From: Phycisphaerae bacterium
GTDB lineage: Bacteria > Planctomycetota > Phycisphaerae > UBA1845 > Fen-1342
DNA: 24,000 bases
Reading direction: 5' to 3'
Assembly (NCBI GenBank): GCA_050115495.1
Contig: JASFQK010000009.1
Location: forward strand, 11,757 to 35,756
Made by a program: the position numbers and the translations under genes. The notes below the pieces were generated by a model. The model was given only the letters and a program-made list of their open reading frames with translations, ran no database searches and was not told where the DNA came from. Within the stretch, counting starts at the first letter, position 1. The number at the start of each line of letters is the position of its first letter. Below, one piece after another: positions 23,284-24,000 of this stretch.

Positions 23284-24000
23284 ATGAGCGAGGCAGCACG
23301 CGCCAGGTTGTGGATCGGACCGTCCGGGTGGAGCTATGACGATTGGTCCGGCGTCGTCTACCCGCAACGGAAACCTCGCGGGTTCAAGCCGCTGGCGCAT
23401 ATCGCCCGCTACTTCAACGCCGTCGAGGTCAACAGCAGCTTCTACCGCATCCCCATGGCGCGGATGACGGCGGCGTGGGTGCCGCTCGTGCCGGCGGATT
23501 TCCGGTTCGCGTTCAAGCTGACCCAGATCTTCACGCACGAGCGCGGGAGCTTCCCGGATCGCCCGGAAGTGGACGCCTTCACGGCGGCGCTCGAACCCAT
23601 CCGCGAGGCCGACCGGCTGGGGCCCCTGCTGATGCAGTTCCCGTGGTCGTTCCGGTTCACGCCGGTGGCGGTGGACTGGCTGCGGCGGCTGGCGGAAGCG
23701 TTCCCGCAATTCGACCGGTTCGTCGAGGTGCGGCATGCGTCGTGGGCGACGCCGGAAGCGCTGGCCGTGCTGGCCGAGGTCGGCGGATACTGCAACATCG
23801 ACCAGCCGCGGCTGCGTGATTGTCTCGGACCGACCGGGCACGTGCTCGGCCGCGACGCGTACGTTCGGCTGCACGGGCGGAACGCGCGGAGCTGGTTCGC
23901 GGAGAACGTACCGAGCTACGAGCGGTACAACTACCTGTACACGGACGCGGAGCTGCGCGAGTGGGTGGAGCGGATCGAGGCAATCTGCGCCAAGGCGGAA
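23284..24000 (+). CDS. DUF72 (UPF0759) family protein, 3' end beyond the right edge
   Basis: ATG at 23284 opens a frame that stays open for 239 codons to the window end, which is why it is missing from the track. It reads MSEAARARLWIGPSGWSYDDWSGVVYP...YFNAVEVNSSFYR...FRFAFKL...LGPLLMQFPWSF...VEVRHASW...NIDQP...YVRLHGRN...YNYLYTDAEL. This follows the DUF72 motif order. Confidence 0.88.
   Translation, partial: MSEAARARLWIGPSGWSYDDWSGVVYPQRKPRGFKPLAHIARYFNAVEVNSSFYRIPMARMTAAWVPLVPADFRFAFKLTQIFTHERGSFPDRPEVDAFTAALEPIREADRLGPLLMQFPWSFRFTPVAVDWLRRLAEAFPQFDRFVEVRHASWATPEALAVLAEVGGYCNIDQPRLRDCLGPTGHVLGRDAYVRLHGRNARSWFAENVPSYERYNYLYTDAELREWVERIEAICAKAE

Overview
High-GC (about two-thirds G+C by eye) bacterial chromosomal window, densely coding on both strands. 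I call 20 protein genes (two cut by the window edges), one tRNA-Arg(UCG) and three families of intergenic palindromic repeats. Left part (1-10 kb) holds envelope and secreted functions. These are a three-gene minus-strand operon (signal-peptide protein, dockerin-tagged metzincin, tiny zinc-ribbon membrane protein), an O-methyltransferase followed by an H-X9-DG-like pseudopilin-derived membrane protein, tRNA-Arg, and a Wzy_C/O-antigen-ligase-like helical-repeat giant followed by a DUF2961/GH172 protein. Middle (10-16 kb) is a distal dcw block, murC-murB-ddl-ftsQ, followed by two polytopic membrane proteins where ftsA-ftsZ normally sit. This is my best candidate for something new. Right part (16-24 kb) holds thrS-infC (infC apparently starts at AUU), an orphan larC overlapping a membrane coiled-coil protein, a convergent 609-aa coiled-coil membrane protein with a 12-Cys patch, and a DUF72 gene running off the right edge. 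Protein features (H-X9-DG-like domain, dockerin tags, CxxCGYxLxG..CPECG ribbon, FtsZ-less dcw end) suggest Planctomycetota, possibly Phycisphaerae-like; this is inference only. I saw no CRISPR array, transposase, integrase, rRNA or recognisable defence genes. Most long track ORFs lying antisense to the genes called here are GC-driven artefacts. All family assignments come from motifs read by eye, not from searches.
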